51,544 nucleotides of DNA from Octopus bimaculoides. Its lineage: Eukaryota. The position numbers were made by a program, and so were the translations under genes. Below are positions 39,151 through 51,544 of the stretch, one piece after another. Each line of letters starts with the position of its first letter. The stretch's first letter is position 1. The notes beneath the pieces are model-generated. The model had not been told where the DNA came from. It searched no databases and saw nothing but the letters and a program-made list of their open reading frames with translations. The stretch covers positions 100,419,404-100,470,947 of the forward strand of contig NC_068986.1 of assembly GCF_001194135.2 (NCBI RefSeq), written 5' to 3'.

Positions 39151-40849
39151 AATGAATCAATAAATATTAATGCTTTTCCTTTCATCCATAATTTTTTATG
39201 CAAAATTAAAATCTCATGTCATAATAATAGCGAGACGACGCAAAGTATTTTTATTACAACAATATTCTGGAAATTGTATAGCAAATAACATGTTAAAAAT
39301 GAAGAGAATTATAAATTTTATAATTTAGAGTAGAAATTAGATAGCATAAATTAATGTTTGGTAAAATCAAGTAATGAAAACATATAATTAAACCCAGCAC
39401 TTATGAAGGAGACGGGCCAAGTGCGGTTACCTTCGGATAAATGAATGTAAAACTAATCTGATCGCAGAATAAAGATATACTGAGCATAAGTGTGTGAGTT
39501 ATCAATAAAATCTTTGTTTTATTTAAGTGATTGTGTGTTCTACTCTCTGAATTTTTCGATGAATTTATCTTATGAACGACACGCTGGCATTTTTTTTAAA
39601 ATTGAGTTTAGTAGCTTGAGATTCTGTTGGCAAAAGACACAAGCTTTTCTACTGTTAAAACGTCTTTTAGATTTACGAAGACGCAAATTATTGTGTGTTT
39701 GTTTGAAACGTATCAGGCTTTAATTAAAATATTTTTAACAATATTTGCAGAACCTGACTTAACTCGCGTGTCAGGTAAACAAAATATTCAATTATCGAAT
39801 TCATTCGTAATTGTAGTAAGCAAATATACTTAAGAGTTATATCATTATGTATGAAACATAAACAGACAAGTTTCAAATTGAATTAAGCGCTTTAAATGAA
39901 ATTACATTGATTGGAGATGTTTGCCTGTTCATTACTTTTAGAATTTCTTTCTATAATTCATTTTTGAGAAAGGAACAAAGGCATCTTTATTAAAAAAATC
40001 TTGCGATTTGCAAGACGCAGTAAGAATATTAATGATATATATTCGACAACATCTTAGAGAAAAAAAAATCACTGATTTTCAGAAAATCTAAATCTTTCAG
40101 TATTCAACGTAATGCGTACAATATACTGACACTGAAAAGAAAATACATATTAACTCATATAATGTCAATATAAGTTTGGTTTCCTTTGTTCGTAGAAATT
40201 GTAAGTATTCAGCCGCAAGGGAGGTAAGCCCTGTTCATTGCGAAACAAAATGTGTCAGGTCAATTCCATCAGGAATTATAGAAGAAATGTTATGATTTAT
40301 ACTGAGTGTGGGACGTGTAAAGATACCGATTTGGTGTAGCAGCGGATTTCACTAAACAAGACTTGATTGATGTTGGGTGCATAACAACAATTAAACAAAA
40401 AGAGTCAATGGTACAGATACGATGCGAGGTACAATAACAATAACTAGTTCGAGAGAACTTGCCAAACATTTTACATCAAACGGCTGCAATTTTGAAAACT
40501 ATTACACTTTCAGTCCTCAAAATACATGTGGTGAAATATATTTGTGAGTTATATACATCACACCCAGAAGGAAATAGGCAAATTTCATCGTATTTTTCAG
40601 AAAAAAACTGTTCGATTAAATATTCTTCTATGCTACCTTCTTGCTTTTTTCCCTTTAGTATTTTCATTACGATATTTGAAAATTGAATAGTGATGATGTC
40701 ATTCCATAACATGTCTATTGCAATCGCATCGCGCTCGTTGTATTTTCTGATGATGATGCTGATGATAATGATGATGATGATAATTATGATGATGATAATT
40801 ATGATGATGATAACAAAACTGATAACAACGATGATAATAATAATAATAA

Positions 40850-41060
40850 CACCAGAGGTCGTGAAGAGGAAAATAATGGAAACTGGAATAGAGTACTCAG
40901 TAGAATTATTGCAAAAGGTTTGCCTCAATGTCATTGCCAGAATAATCGAGTAAGTATGAGATAGTTGAAAAGAACAGAATGCATGGTACCCTAGGCTGTA
41001 AGCAGCAAGCCCGATACGTATGAAAGACCCCTAGGAGTTCCAGCAAAACCTGAGATAAAA
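40850..41060 (+). mobile_element. R4/Dong-like non-LTR element 3' end embedded in (GAT/AAT)n
   Basis: ETGIEYSVELLQKVCLNVIARII resembles the C-terminal LQKACLLGTARII motif of RLE-type elements. A short 3' UTR follows, then an (AAT)n tail. Confidence 0.65.
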
Positions 41061-41084
41061 ATAATAATAATGATAATAATAATT

Positions 41085-41303
41085 TAAAATTTTGTCACAG
41101 GGGCAGCCATTTTAGAGGAGTGAATGAGTCGATTACATCGATTACATCGACCCCAGATTTTCACTGCTTCTTAGTTTATCGACCCCGAAAGAATGAATAG
41201 CAAAGTCGACCTCAGCGGAATTTGAACTCAGAGCATAAAGACGGACGAAATGCCTCTATGCATTTTGCCCGGTGTACTACCGATTCTGCCTGTTAGCCGC
41301 CTT
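41085..41303 (-). mobile_element. Near full-length tRNA-derived SINE (OR/CORE-like)
   Basis: Reverse complement: AAGGCGGCTAACAGGCAGAATCGG...CTGAGTTCAAATTCCGCTGAGGTCGACTTTGCTATTCATTCTTTCGGGGTCGATAAA...GGGGTCGATGTAATCGA. Confidence 0.9.
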
Positions 41304-41305
41304 CT

Positions 41306-41351
41306 CAATAATAATAACAATAATAATAACAACAACAACAACAACAACAAC

Positions 41352-41395
<44 letters not shown>

Positions 41396-41470
41396 TAATA
41401 ATAAAAATTAAAAAAATAATAATAATGATGATGATGATAATAATAATGACATGGATAATGATGTTTATAA
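41306..41470. repeat. (AAT)n/(AAC)n/(GAT)n microsatellite
   Basis: Directly visible. Confidence 0.95.
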
Positions 41471-41951
41471 TAATTCAACGTAATACTGATTTGTCTATCG
41501 TTATATTATCTAAATTAATAAAATCTCACTTAAAAATGTCTGTATAGTATACACACATCAATTGAATACAGAATTTTAGCCAGCTCAAGATACTTGGCTT
41601 CACTCATGCTGGTAGATGTCTCATATAATTCAACTTGTGTATATACATGTGTCTCTTTGCACGCATTTCTCGAAGATAAGGAAACTAATGTGGAGACGTT
41701 ATATTGTGTAATTTCCTTTTTTTACTTCTCCACAATCCACATGATACCTTAGTGTCCGTATATTCTTGTTTGCTTATCAGTTAATTATTCATGTACTTCA
41801 ATGTATTTATCAATAGTCAACATACAACTTTCATTTACATTACCAGACGCTTTAACTGTCACAGTCGCTGAATTTTAAATATGGACTCACTGTTTCCCGC
41901 TGGCATAACATTGTTCCGTATTCGCATATTGGTATGCATACAGTATTGCAT

Positions 41952-41952
<1 letters not shown>

Positions 41953-41996
<44 letters not shown>

Positions 41997-42000
41997 TTAT

Positions 42001-42062
<62 letters not shown>
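41953..42062. repeat. (TATC)n-(TC)n microsatellite
   Basis: Directly visible. Confidence 0.95.
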
Positions 42063-42064
<2 letters not shown>

Positions 42065-42734
42065 ATGTGTGTCTGTCTGTCTACGCAACTGGTATCTATT
42101 TCTGTATGCATTCATCTAGTTTGTATATCTACTTACTTAACATTTCTTATTTTTACCAAAAATTTCTGTATACTACAGAACTAAGGTAGTATTTATTTCT
42201 TCATTTCCGAGCCTGTCTCATACAAACTTAATACTGTTTATATCTCTACATAAACTAATACATTTTCAACAAATAGATGTTATTTGCAATCAATAGAAAG
42301 ACGTTTCTATAAGTACACTATATATTACCATAGAAGACATACTTCTTCTAGGATATGGTGAATAATCACAGCTGTTTTCTCGTGTTTCATGTCATGTCAG
42401 TAAAACGTAGGGGTTAAACTTTCGCAACGCTTGTCCATAAATTGTAATTGATAATTGTAATGCAGCGATGACGAATTCTAACTTCTTCATTTTTTGTGAT
42501 GACCCACAATTAAGGATGTAATCAAACCGAAAGCTTTATGCAATCAAACAGTAACATATATTTCGGAAAACGGCATGCACAAAAATTAAATTCCCACAAT
42601 CTTTAAATAAAATGAAATTGCATAGAAACTGGAAAACAATTGGCTTTTATCATCGTGGAATTAAAACTACATAATATAGATTATCAAGTCTATTACCATG
42701 AAAATATAAATGTTTCAATCTATGCTATACTTTT

Positions 42735-42956
42735 CAGGCTGCGAGCTGGCAGAAACCTTTGCACACCGGGCGAAATGCTTAACAGTATTTCGTCTGTCTT
42801 TACGTTCTGAATTCAAATTCCACCCAGGTGGAATTTGAATTTCCCTTTCATCCTTTCGAGGTTGATAAATTAATTACGAGTTGCGTACTGAGGCCGTTGT
42901 AATCGGCTGGCTTCTTCACTCAAAATTTCGGGCCTTCTGCCTAGAGTAGAAAAGAA
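42735..42956 (+). mobile_element. tRNA-derived SINE (OR/CORE-like)
   Basis: GGCTGCGAGCTGGCAGAAACC...GGGCGAAATGCTTAACAGTATTTCGTCTGTCTTTACGTTCTGAATTCAAATTCC...CTTTCATCCTTTCGAGGTTGATAAA is homologous to the other copies. Confidence 0.9.
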
Positions 42957-45689
42957 TTTACGCTACATTCCTATCATAATTTGTTTACAATATCCTAAAA
43001 TGTTTATGCATAAGCTCCATCTCAATTTGAAGTTTGTTGGTCATCCATGCTTTACTGTTAAATTAGTTCTTGATTCGTTTTAGAGGAGAGGGCAATCTCT
43101 CACAATGCCAGTTGTACGCCATGTTGCATGGGTACATTTAATTGAAAATATATACTTGTGTGGAAACTGATGAGATTATTGTTTAACACATTTTACTCTA
43201 ACTATATGGAGCTAAAATTTTATCTACTGGCAATACAATCTTCTTTTACGTTACATTTGATATAATTTGATATTAAGTAGATTCATGCCCATATTTGTGT
43301 TTGGAAATCGTTCGAATTCAAGAAATCAGACGATATGCTGTACCTTCAAACCCCATCGCTTATAATGCATACATATAAATTCATAGAGTTGTTCTGATCC
43401 GTCTATGCATGTCCCTATGCACTTAGTCGTGGACAAGCTGAAGAAGCTGAAACGAAATGATTTACGGGGTTATCATGACAAATTAGTTCTGCTATTTTAC
43501 TATAGTACTACTAGCTATTCCTGTTTAATTCTTGCTTATAGGTTGTCACGAATATCCATAGAGTGGTTCTCTCGGCAAATCCCAAACATTCACTTTCTCT
43601 CTGTTCCTCCCGGTCTTTGTTCTCTAGCTACGACTTTCCTATAACAAACTCATTCAATAAATGAACTTTTGCTAGTGTAATCTCATCCAGATCTCAAACT
43701 TTTCAAATGTCTACGATTTCCATGGAATCGCTTTTAATATGTTTGTCAGACAATCATTATAATACGAGTGTCCAAACTGTCCATAATTTTACAGTGAATG
43801 AGTTAATGTACAAAATGTTTCAGCTATTTCATATGTCTTGTCATGTAGATGTAATGCATTTAACTACAATAGCAATACTGCAAATTTTAAAACTGACGTT
43901 CAGTATATATTTTCCTATTATTATAAGCACTTATATATATGTGTCCTGCTCTGAGATCTGCCTATGGCAAAATATATCATATATGAACCCGAACACTCAT
44001 CCGATATTTGGTGGGTAAAAAGGTCATTACTCGACTGAAACCGATGAATCGATGTTTTGAGAAACTTATTTTCAGTGGTTAAGGAACTTGGTCGAATATA
44101 TACTATTTCGGTTTTGATGCTCATAGCTAGACTTCCAAACATTTTATTCTCATTGAACGCGACATTGTCGCCAGAGCACATGACCGCTAGGAAGTAATTT
44201 CAACTTGCGCATCGCATTTTGCTCACTCACCATAAATATTGTCGGATCTTTATTCTTGTTTTGTCATTGATTTCTTTATTGTTACTTGTTTCTATATCAA
44301 TTCCAACTTGGTTTCGCTGCTTGTTCATCAATTTGGAGAGTTATTATGATCGAGGCCATTGCTGTATTACTTTGATTTATATATCAAAACAGCTTTTTGT
44401 CGGCGTCTCATTTACTTTACAAGACTTTGATTTATCATTACACGTCGTTACTTTTCACTTCTGAAACGCAATTATCAAGAAATAGTAGCCTTTCATAAAA
44501 ACATTCATTTTGCTGATCGTGTTTCAGTGTTGCTGACACGACCTAATAACATCAAATATTGTTCCCTGACAATTATTATTACAATAACTATTCCTAGATG
44601 CCTAACATTTTCTGTGAAATGCAGACATGTCTTATTTGATGCGCTTCTATGAATTACTCTATTAGTGAAAATCAAAATTTTCTACTGTATTTATATAAGG
44701 TCCGGGTCATAGATATTAAACTTATGACCTACAAATTCTCAACTCCCCAATAAAAGAAATAATAATATTTCATCACTAATGGTCTGGGATTCTCTGTTTA
44801 TCACATCAAAATCAAGATTGGAATAAATAACCAATATGTGAACCACTACATATTTTAGAAACCTGTCTAGCCAATACACGAAACTTGAAAGCAGAGATGA
44901 GAAGCCTCTATGTTATGGAAAAAATCGAATGAAATTTCAGCGTTTCGCTTTCACCCATTCACGCTGTGTGGCAGAATACTCACAACACTTTCCTCAGAAG
45001 GCACCAATCAAAACTAACTCATTCAATGATTTACTTTTTGAAAATACCAGTCATAACTCTCGAATTATACACTAAGTAAGGAAGATTTCATTTTATCATG
45101 CAGATTCATATGTAATGTCAGAAATTAAATGCATGAGTTGCTCAATCAGGATTGGGTTGAACTGAATCAATAAATATTAATATCAAGGATCTAAAATAGA
45201 AGCTATATCTCTAGTTATACCATATTGTCTTGTAAGAAAACAAAGGACATATTGATCATTTACTCTAGTGTTTCAGAGGCGAGAGGTAGATTAGGCCTAG
45301 ATTGTTTCTAAGCCTAATTATGTTCCTCAATACTGACGTGGATATCTGCGTCGATAGATTTCAACAATAACATCAGGAAGATAACACAATGTACTGAATT
45401 AACTTATACGCTAAAGATTGCATATTTAACCTATTTAAGCAGCAGTAATGACATATTTTCGAAATTACGTTAAAGCTCTTTGGATTGCAAAACTAATACG
45501 AGTAAAACTACTTCTTGAACATCGGCAAAAGTTTCTATGTGACGGATTGACATCCTAGAAGAGAATTATTCAAAGCCATTTGCTTAACATCCGAATAACA
45601 ATATTTTTATCCATTCTTAATACGTTATTGTTTCGATTCTCGCCACACTGTGTACACGTCATACATAATTCTTTAATTTCAGAATAGAG

Positions 45690-46478
45690 TGAAGTTTTTT
45701 CGGTCTTTCATGTTTTTTCAACAAGTTTCAGGATTCAATCGTTGGTTGTTTCAAGGTATTTGGCCAGTGCGATTGTGGTGGTTTTGTACGTAAGTACAAG
45801 CTGGATCAAGCCTCGACATCTCTGCGCTCTGGGAAGGTAAAGACGATCCACGTCTGTCTTTGGACGGTGCATCTTATTGCAAGTCAGTAGCTTGCGAATT
45901 TTTCTATCAATCTTCACTAATTCACTGGTATTCCAGTTAAGCACATTGAAAGTATAAAGAACAACTGGGACTGCTAAGGAATGTATGGCTAACACCTTAT
46001 TATATGCATTCAGCTCATATTCAGAACTGCTCGAACTCGTCTATGACATTCCTTCCTGATCATCTATTTCATGCTTGCATGCTAGATACCAGACCCTTCT
46101 TGCAACCATTCCGCATCGTTCTTCTGCTCTATGTCTTTGTTCCAAATGTCACTCCCAAAACTTTGACTTTCAATGTTATCTGGTATAAACTTTCATCTGT
46201 GCACTCTCCATTTATTTCTTTGTAGAATATATTCTGATCTACACTGAATAAGCTATTCTTGTGGTAACCCTTCATTTTTTGGTCGTTTCTTATCATCTTT
46301 GCTTTCTCTGCAACGAGGTGCTTTTCCAGGTCCTCAATTACCACTTTCAGGCCCTTTCTTTCAATATCATACTTCATGTTCAGTGCCTGTATTGTTGGTC
46401 TCTTTTAAGCCCCACTTCCCTTTTCTGTCTAACTCAGTATACTTCTTTACCAGCTGCATTCTTCTTTACCACCACGCT
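45690..46478 (-). mobile_element. R4/Dong-like (RLE) non-LTR retrotransposon fragment with the RT core deleted
   Basis: KYDIERKGLKVVIEDLEKHL..AK..RNDQK..YHKNSLFSVDQNIFYKEING is a pre-RT segment. It is fused to AIHSLAVPVVLYTFNVLNW..ELVKIDRKIRKLLT..MHRPKTDVDRLYLPRAQRCRGLIQL, a post-RT segment. Confidence 0.85.
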
Positions 46479-47658
46479 TCAGCAAAAGAGTTGCAGCGCA
46501 GAAGTGGTAAAAGCAAGATACGATTAAAAACTGTAAGAAAAGACGACAATGGAAATACAAAATAATTGCACTAACATTACAAATAGTAACAACAGCAACA
46601 ACCAAAAAATGACAAGAACACAAAATCTCAAGAATTCTAGCGAAAGCAAGAGCCATCAAGAAGGACGACATTGTCAGCAAGAGCTAATGCTACAAACACA
46701 ACAAGCAAAACGAAACATTGCCAGCAAACCTCTCAACAATATATTACCCCGAAACGAGAACGAGAACATTTTAAACATATGCGAGGGATGTGACAAGGTG
46801 ACTATATCATAATGTTATTTCTCACTCAGAAACATTTTACAAATTACAAGAGAAACGGTTTAAACATTTTAGAGAAATGGATTAAGGATCGCATTTCAAA
46901 GGCCTCGAAAACGGTGATTAGAATATTTAAATTTCTACCTCAGTTATGTATTTTTAACGTTTTCATATTCATCCTAAATAATTAGCTTAACAACAGTAAG
47001 CAATATAAATGTACATAATCAGTATGGAAACTGAGTCAGCTGCTGCTTAAAAATCTCAGGCTATTTTGAATGGATGTGGTAACTGTGAGAGATACCAACA
47101 TATCAGAGTCGATGTTGCCTGAGTTTCTTCTAAGAAACATGGGACTAAGGCTATCTTTGACTGAATGGGACCGAATGTTGAAGAAGTATTGTTTGAAAAC
47201 AAGAGCTGGGTCTAGAGTTGAATGCGACGCTTTTAGAACCATATAGTAAATCGCTGGTCCTTGACGTACAGAGTAGTGAAGTGAAGGAATCCAAAGGCGA
47301 TATCTCATGAGTTGTAATGAAATTTTAATAAAGAATTATTTTTTCTCGGATTTCCATCGCCCCAGGAGTTCCAGATGAGATATATTCACTAGTTCAATTA
47401 CTTGGAAATCGAATTTGTACGTAGACATACAGACCCGTAAACACACAGTCACATAGGCGCACTCAGAAGCATCTTCCACACAAACAAACATACACACACA
47501 CAAGCATAAATATACACACATATATTTTTTCATGAGTAAGAATCTCAAATCTGATGCACATATCAAGTAAGATTGAATATTTACATAATATTTGGTATAC
47601 CATGATCACTGACACACTACAGTAAACAAAAAAGAATTGCTGTTAGTATATATAAGTG

Positions 47659-47691
<33 letters not shown>

Positions 47692-48387
47692 NNNNNNNNN
47701 NNNNNNNNNNNNNNNNNNNNNNNNNNNNNNNNNNNNNNNNNNNNNNNNNNNNNNNNNNNNNNNNNNNNNNNNNNNNNNNNNNNNNNNNNNNNNNNNNNNN
47801 NNNNNNNNNNNNNNNNNNNNNNNNNNNNNNNNNNNNNNNNNNNNNNNNNNNNNNNNNNNNNNNNNNNNNNNNNNNNNNNNNNNNNNNNNNNNNNNNNNNN
47901 NNNNNNNNNNNNNNNNNNNNNNNNNNNNNNNNNNNNNNNNNNNNNNNNNNNNNNNNNNNNNNNNNNNNNNNNNNNNNNNNNNNNNNNNNNNNNNNNNNNN
48001 NNNNNNNNNNNNNNNNNNNNNNNNNNNNNNNNNNNNNNNNNNNNNNNNNNNNNNNNNNNNNNNNNNNNNNNNNNNNNNNNNNNNNNNNNNNNNNNNNNNN
48101 NNNNNNNNNNNNNNNNNNNNNNNNNNNNNNNNNNNNNNNNNNNNNNNNNNNNNNNNNNNNNNNNNNNNNNNNNNNNNNNNNNNNNNNNNNNNNNNNNNNN
48201 NNNNNNNNNNNNNNNNNNNNNNNNNNNNNNNNNNNNNNNNNNNNNNNNNNNNNNNNNNNNNNNNNNNNNNNNNNNNNNNNNNNNNNNNNNNNNNNNNNNN
48301 NNNNNNNNNNNNNNNNNNNNNNNNNNNNNNNNNNNNNNNNNNNNNNNNNNNNNNNNNNNNNNNNNNNNNNNNNNNNNNNNNNNNNNN

Positions 48388-48426
<39 letters not shown>

Positions 48427-48847
48427 ATGTGTGTGTGTGTGACTGTGAGTCCGGTTATATTATGTAACCTGTCTGAAAACATTACAAAGAAAGAAGCAAC
48501 GAGAAGCAATGACATGAAATATTCATTGTTACTTCACTGTATCCGTAATGAAATACAGTATGTTCAGTCGTTCATAACATTTTATTGTAATGCATTACCA
48601 TGGAGAAGGAAACATATTAATGATAGAACACAAGGAAAATAAGAACCACATACAAACATATTAATGGAATATCTAAACAAGCACACACTAGCGCATGTAT
48701 ATATGTGTGTGTCCGTGTGTGTGTGTGTGACAGAGAGAGAGAGAAGGATAGAGATTGTGTATATTCATAGCTACAATGCATACATTTCTTCATTCATACA
48801 TACATATGAATGCATTGATGTATATTAATAAAGTTTGTATATTTCTA

Positions 48848-48918
48848 TAGTCGTCTTCTCCCACAGTTTTTAATCGTATCTTGTTTTCGCCGCTTCAGCG
48901 TTGCATCTCTTTTACTGA
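48848..48918 (-). repeat. About 70-bp segment homologous to 46480-46545 in opposite orientation
   Basis: GTCGTCTTxTCxxACAGTTTTTAATCGTATCTTG...GCGxTGCAxCTCTTTTxCTGAA is present in both places. Confidence 0.8.
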
Positions 48919-49289
48919 ACTGTGTTTGATTAGTCTTCCTGTCTTCATATTCGCCATTGTAACTTTTATAATTTTTTGCATTCCCTGTGTATCTCGCTCT
49001 CCCTCTCTTATCTCTTCAACCTGCCTTCCTTATCTTGTTCTGATCTCCGTTTGATGTCTTAAGTTTCACTTTGTTTCTTTCCCCTTCACAAAGTTTGCGG
49101 AAAACCTGATTAGTGTAGAGTGGCTACGAACTTTCCTGGTTGACAAATTATCAACTAAAATTGATAGAAGCTGATCTTTTATGCATTTAAGTATTACTTT
49201 AGGTTGCTTAATAAATAACGTTCTCCACCAACCTTTGATTTGTTTGCTTTGAGTAATTTCTTATAAAAGCTGATGCCATCCCTAATATC

Positions 49290-50215
49290 ACTCAACAGTC
49301 AGTCTAAAATTATACGCACTCTTGTTTCAGTAATTTATAAAGACAAAAGCAGGGGTTGAATTACTCTATTTTTCAACATATTCTTCTGACCCTTTGATAC
49401 AAGCCTTCCAGTTGTCGACAAAGCTGCTAATTCGATCGGAGAAGTCCTATGGCTGGTCACGCAGCCATTTCTGCACTGATTCCTGCGCTCCTTCAACCGT
49501 AGCATTCCACCACGTAACACGCATTTGACTGGTCGAAAGAGGAGCTAGTCTAAAGAAGAATGATCTGGATTCTATGTAGAGTGTTTCGGCAAATTAGAAA
49601 ACTCAAGTCTTAGATGGTTTCAACGATGTGCGGTGGCGTATGTAGGTGTGCATTACCATGCACAAATAACACATGATTCAGCAATAAACTTCGGTGGTCT
49701 CATTTGCTGGGCAGCATTTCACTGTAGCCTACTCTGGTAACTGTACACAATGTTTCCAGATAATATCCAGTATAGCCCCCATTGCGTCCCCCACAATGGT
49801 TACCATCCCTTTTTCTGCGGAGGATTGAGACTTGGATTTCATTTTCATTGGCTATTCCAGTTAATTTTCCAATTTGTACATAGTGTTTGGACTCTGGCTC
49901 CTGTGACTCTTCTCTCTAAAAAATGCTTTGAATTCCTCTTTGTAGCTGTGGAGTATGAGTTGATAAATCTCCATACGACTGCGCTTGTGCACTTCGGTAA
50001 GCCGTCTCGGCATCCAACTCGTACAGACTTTACGGAAGCGAAGCTTTTCGTGGATGATTCCGAATGCAGAACCATGACTCGATTGCAGAGAACAAAGCAA
50101 TCGGTTGTTCATTCCTCAGTTTGCCAGAACCACACATCGAGCCTGTTGAATCTTCAGGTCAATGGTGGAAGTTGAGAGGCGCGCTGCTCCATCTTCGAGC
50201 TTCATGCCACATTTA
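49290..50215 (-). mobile_element. Decayed mariner (5'-truncated, 3' TIR-like end)
   Basis: LQSSHGSAFGIIHEKLRFRKVCTSWMPRRLTEVHK (the WVPxxL motif)...QKWLRDQP..FSDRI..FVDNWKACI..EEYVEK*. A TIR-like sequence lies near 49290-49322. Confidence 0.88.
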
Positions 50216-50399
50216 ATCTTCTTGATCCACTCAAACTACGTTATCAGGAGCATAAGCAGCAGCAGCAGTAGCAGCAGTAGTAGTAGTAATAGTATTAGTA
50301 GTAGTACTTGTAGTTCTTCTTCCTCTCCTTGTTCAGACTATGTCTCAGAGTTAATATCCTCGCCATCAAAATAATACGTGCAATTGTTATTTTTCTCAG

Positions 50400-50760
50400 A
50401 TATCCAAACTAATCTTCGTGCATGTTTGTCTCCCTTCCAGTTATCCATTTTCCGATATCCATCACAAACGCTCCATAGTTATAATCACTTGAGTTTAGTT
50501 TTGCAATCTATGACTGATGTTACTGTTGTAGCAATTGTTTTCATTGGCGTCCTTACAGTTGTTGGGATATTGATAATATCGTTAAATGAGATATCCTGTG
50601 AAAATGTTGCTTCAGTCCTAATCACTGCAGTTTTGTTTCTATTCATCCAACAGCTGCAGTTATTCATATGGCTTGCTTTTAATGGGGCAAATTCTCGTTT
50701 TATGGAGATCATATATTCGTTAGTTCGTTCTTCTACCGTGGAACCTGGACTACTTCGGTG
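50400..50760 (+). CDS. Candidate 361-nt exon encoding two hydrophobic segments
   Basis: Acceptor TTATTTTTCTCAG and donor GTG|GTAAAT bracket a fully open 120-codon frame. The antisense frame is also largely open, so the strand is uncertain. Confidence 0.3.
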
Positions 50761-50926
50761 GTAAATACTTTATATATGATCAAACAAATCACTGGAACGA
50801 GAATATTTGTGAATTCGTATATCATATACTAGTTCAGTGCATTTTCGTGTATTGTTATTTGAACGCTTGGAAGTGTGCACGTATGTAAATATTCATGCAC
50901 AAACACATACACACATATATATATAT

Positions 50927-51043
<117 letters not shown>

Positions 51044-51344
51044 CATGGTGTATGTGCACATGTATATCTATATATAAAATGACAACAATGAAGAAAGCCA
51101 CATGTGATACAGTTACTTATTCATGTAATTATTGTTTGTTAAGAATGCTACAGCGATGCTATAATGGAAAAACCTAATATTGATATTGATCTTTTTTTAC
51201 TATACAAAACTTCATTGGTATTTATTTTCTGTAAAATTTATGAAGCTTGAAAACATTTATGAGAAGATAACTTCTGTTATGATTACGTAAAACGATTTGC
51301 TGTTAGCTAAAAATTTACTTGGTAAACTGAAAGCTGTGTATATA

Positions 51345-51507
51345 GGCGCATGAGTAGCTTCGTGGTAAGTAGCTTGCTTACCAACCACACGGTTCCTGGT
51401 TCATTCTCACTGCGTGGCAACTTGGCCGAGTGTCTTCCACTATAGCTTCGGGCCGACAAAAGTCTTGTAAGAGGATTTGGTAGACGGAAACTGAAAGAAG
51501 CCCGTAG

Positions 51508-51510
<3 letters not shown>
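51345..51510 (+). mobile_element. tRNA-derived SINE 5' half (second Octopus-type family)
   Basis: GGCGCATGAGTAGCTTCGTGGTAAGTAGCTTGCTTACCAACCACACGGTTCCTGGTTCA...GGTAGACGGAAACTGAAAGAAGCCCGT has A-box- and B-box-like motifs and is homologous to 29070-29180. Confidence 0.9.
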
Positions 51511-51540
<30 letters not shown>

Positions 51541-51544
51541 ATAT

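Noticed and set aside
29796-50215. Possible Fanzor/TnpB or other RNA-guided cargo in the mariner remnants
   Set aside because: No RuvC-like ORF or extra cargo is visible. All copies are ordinary decayed DD34D fragments.

Overview
A eukaryotic, AT-rich, microsatellite-dense scaffold segment with 12 N-gaps totalling about 5.3 kb, most of them next to (TA)n runs. The tRNA-derived SINE families and the repeat spectrum resemble Octopus/coleoid cephalopod DNA; this is recognition from memory, not a database result. The window is mostly decayed transposons: two Penelope-like retroelements (one with an inverted RT segment), one internally deleted Helitron with both termini and a PIF1 helicase remnant, five mariner remnants, three R4/Dong-like non-LTR fragments, about seven SINE copies, a probable long-TIR MITE, and a dispersed non-autonomous repeat. 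I cannot identify any intact or nameable host gene. Several GC-richer, splice-site-bounded islands could be exons of an intron-rich gene, but I have low confidence in them. There is no sign of prokaryotic genes, CRISPR arrays, rRNA or true tRNA genes, or Fanzor/TnpB. I found no convincing new biological system; the best leads are TE structural oddities and the candidate exon chain.
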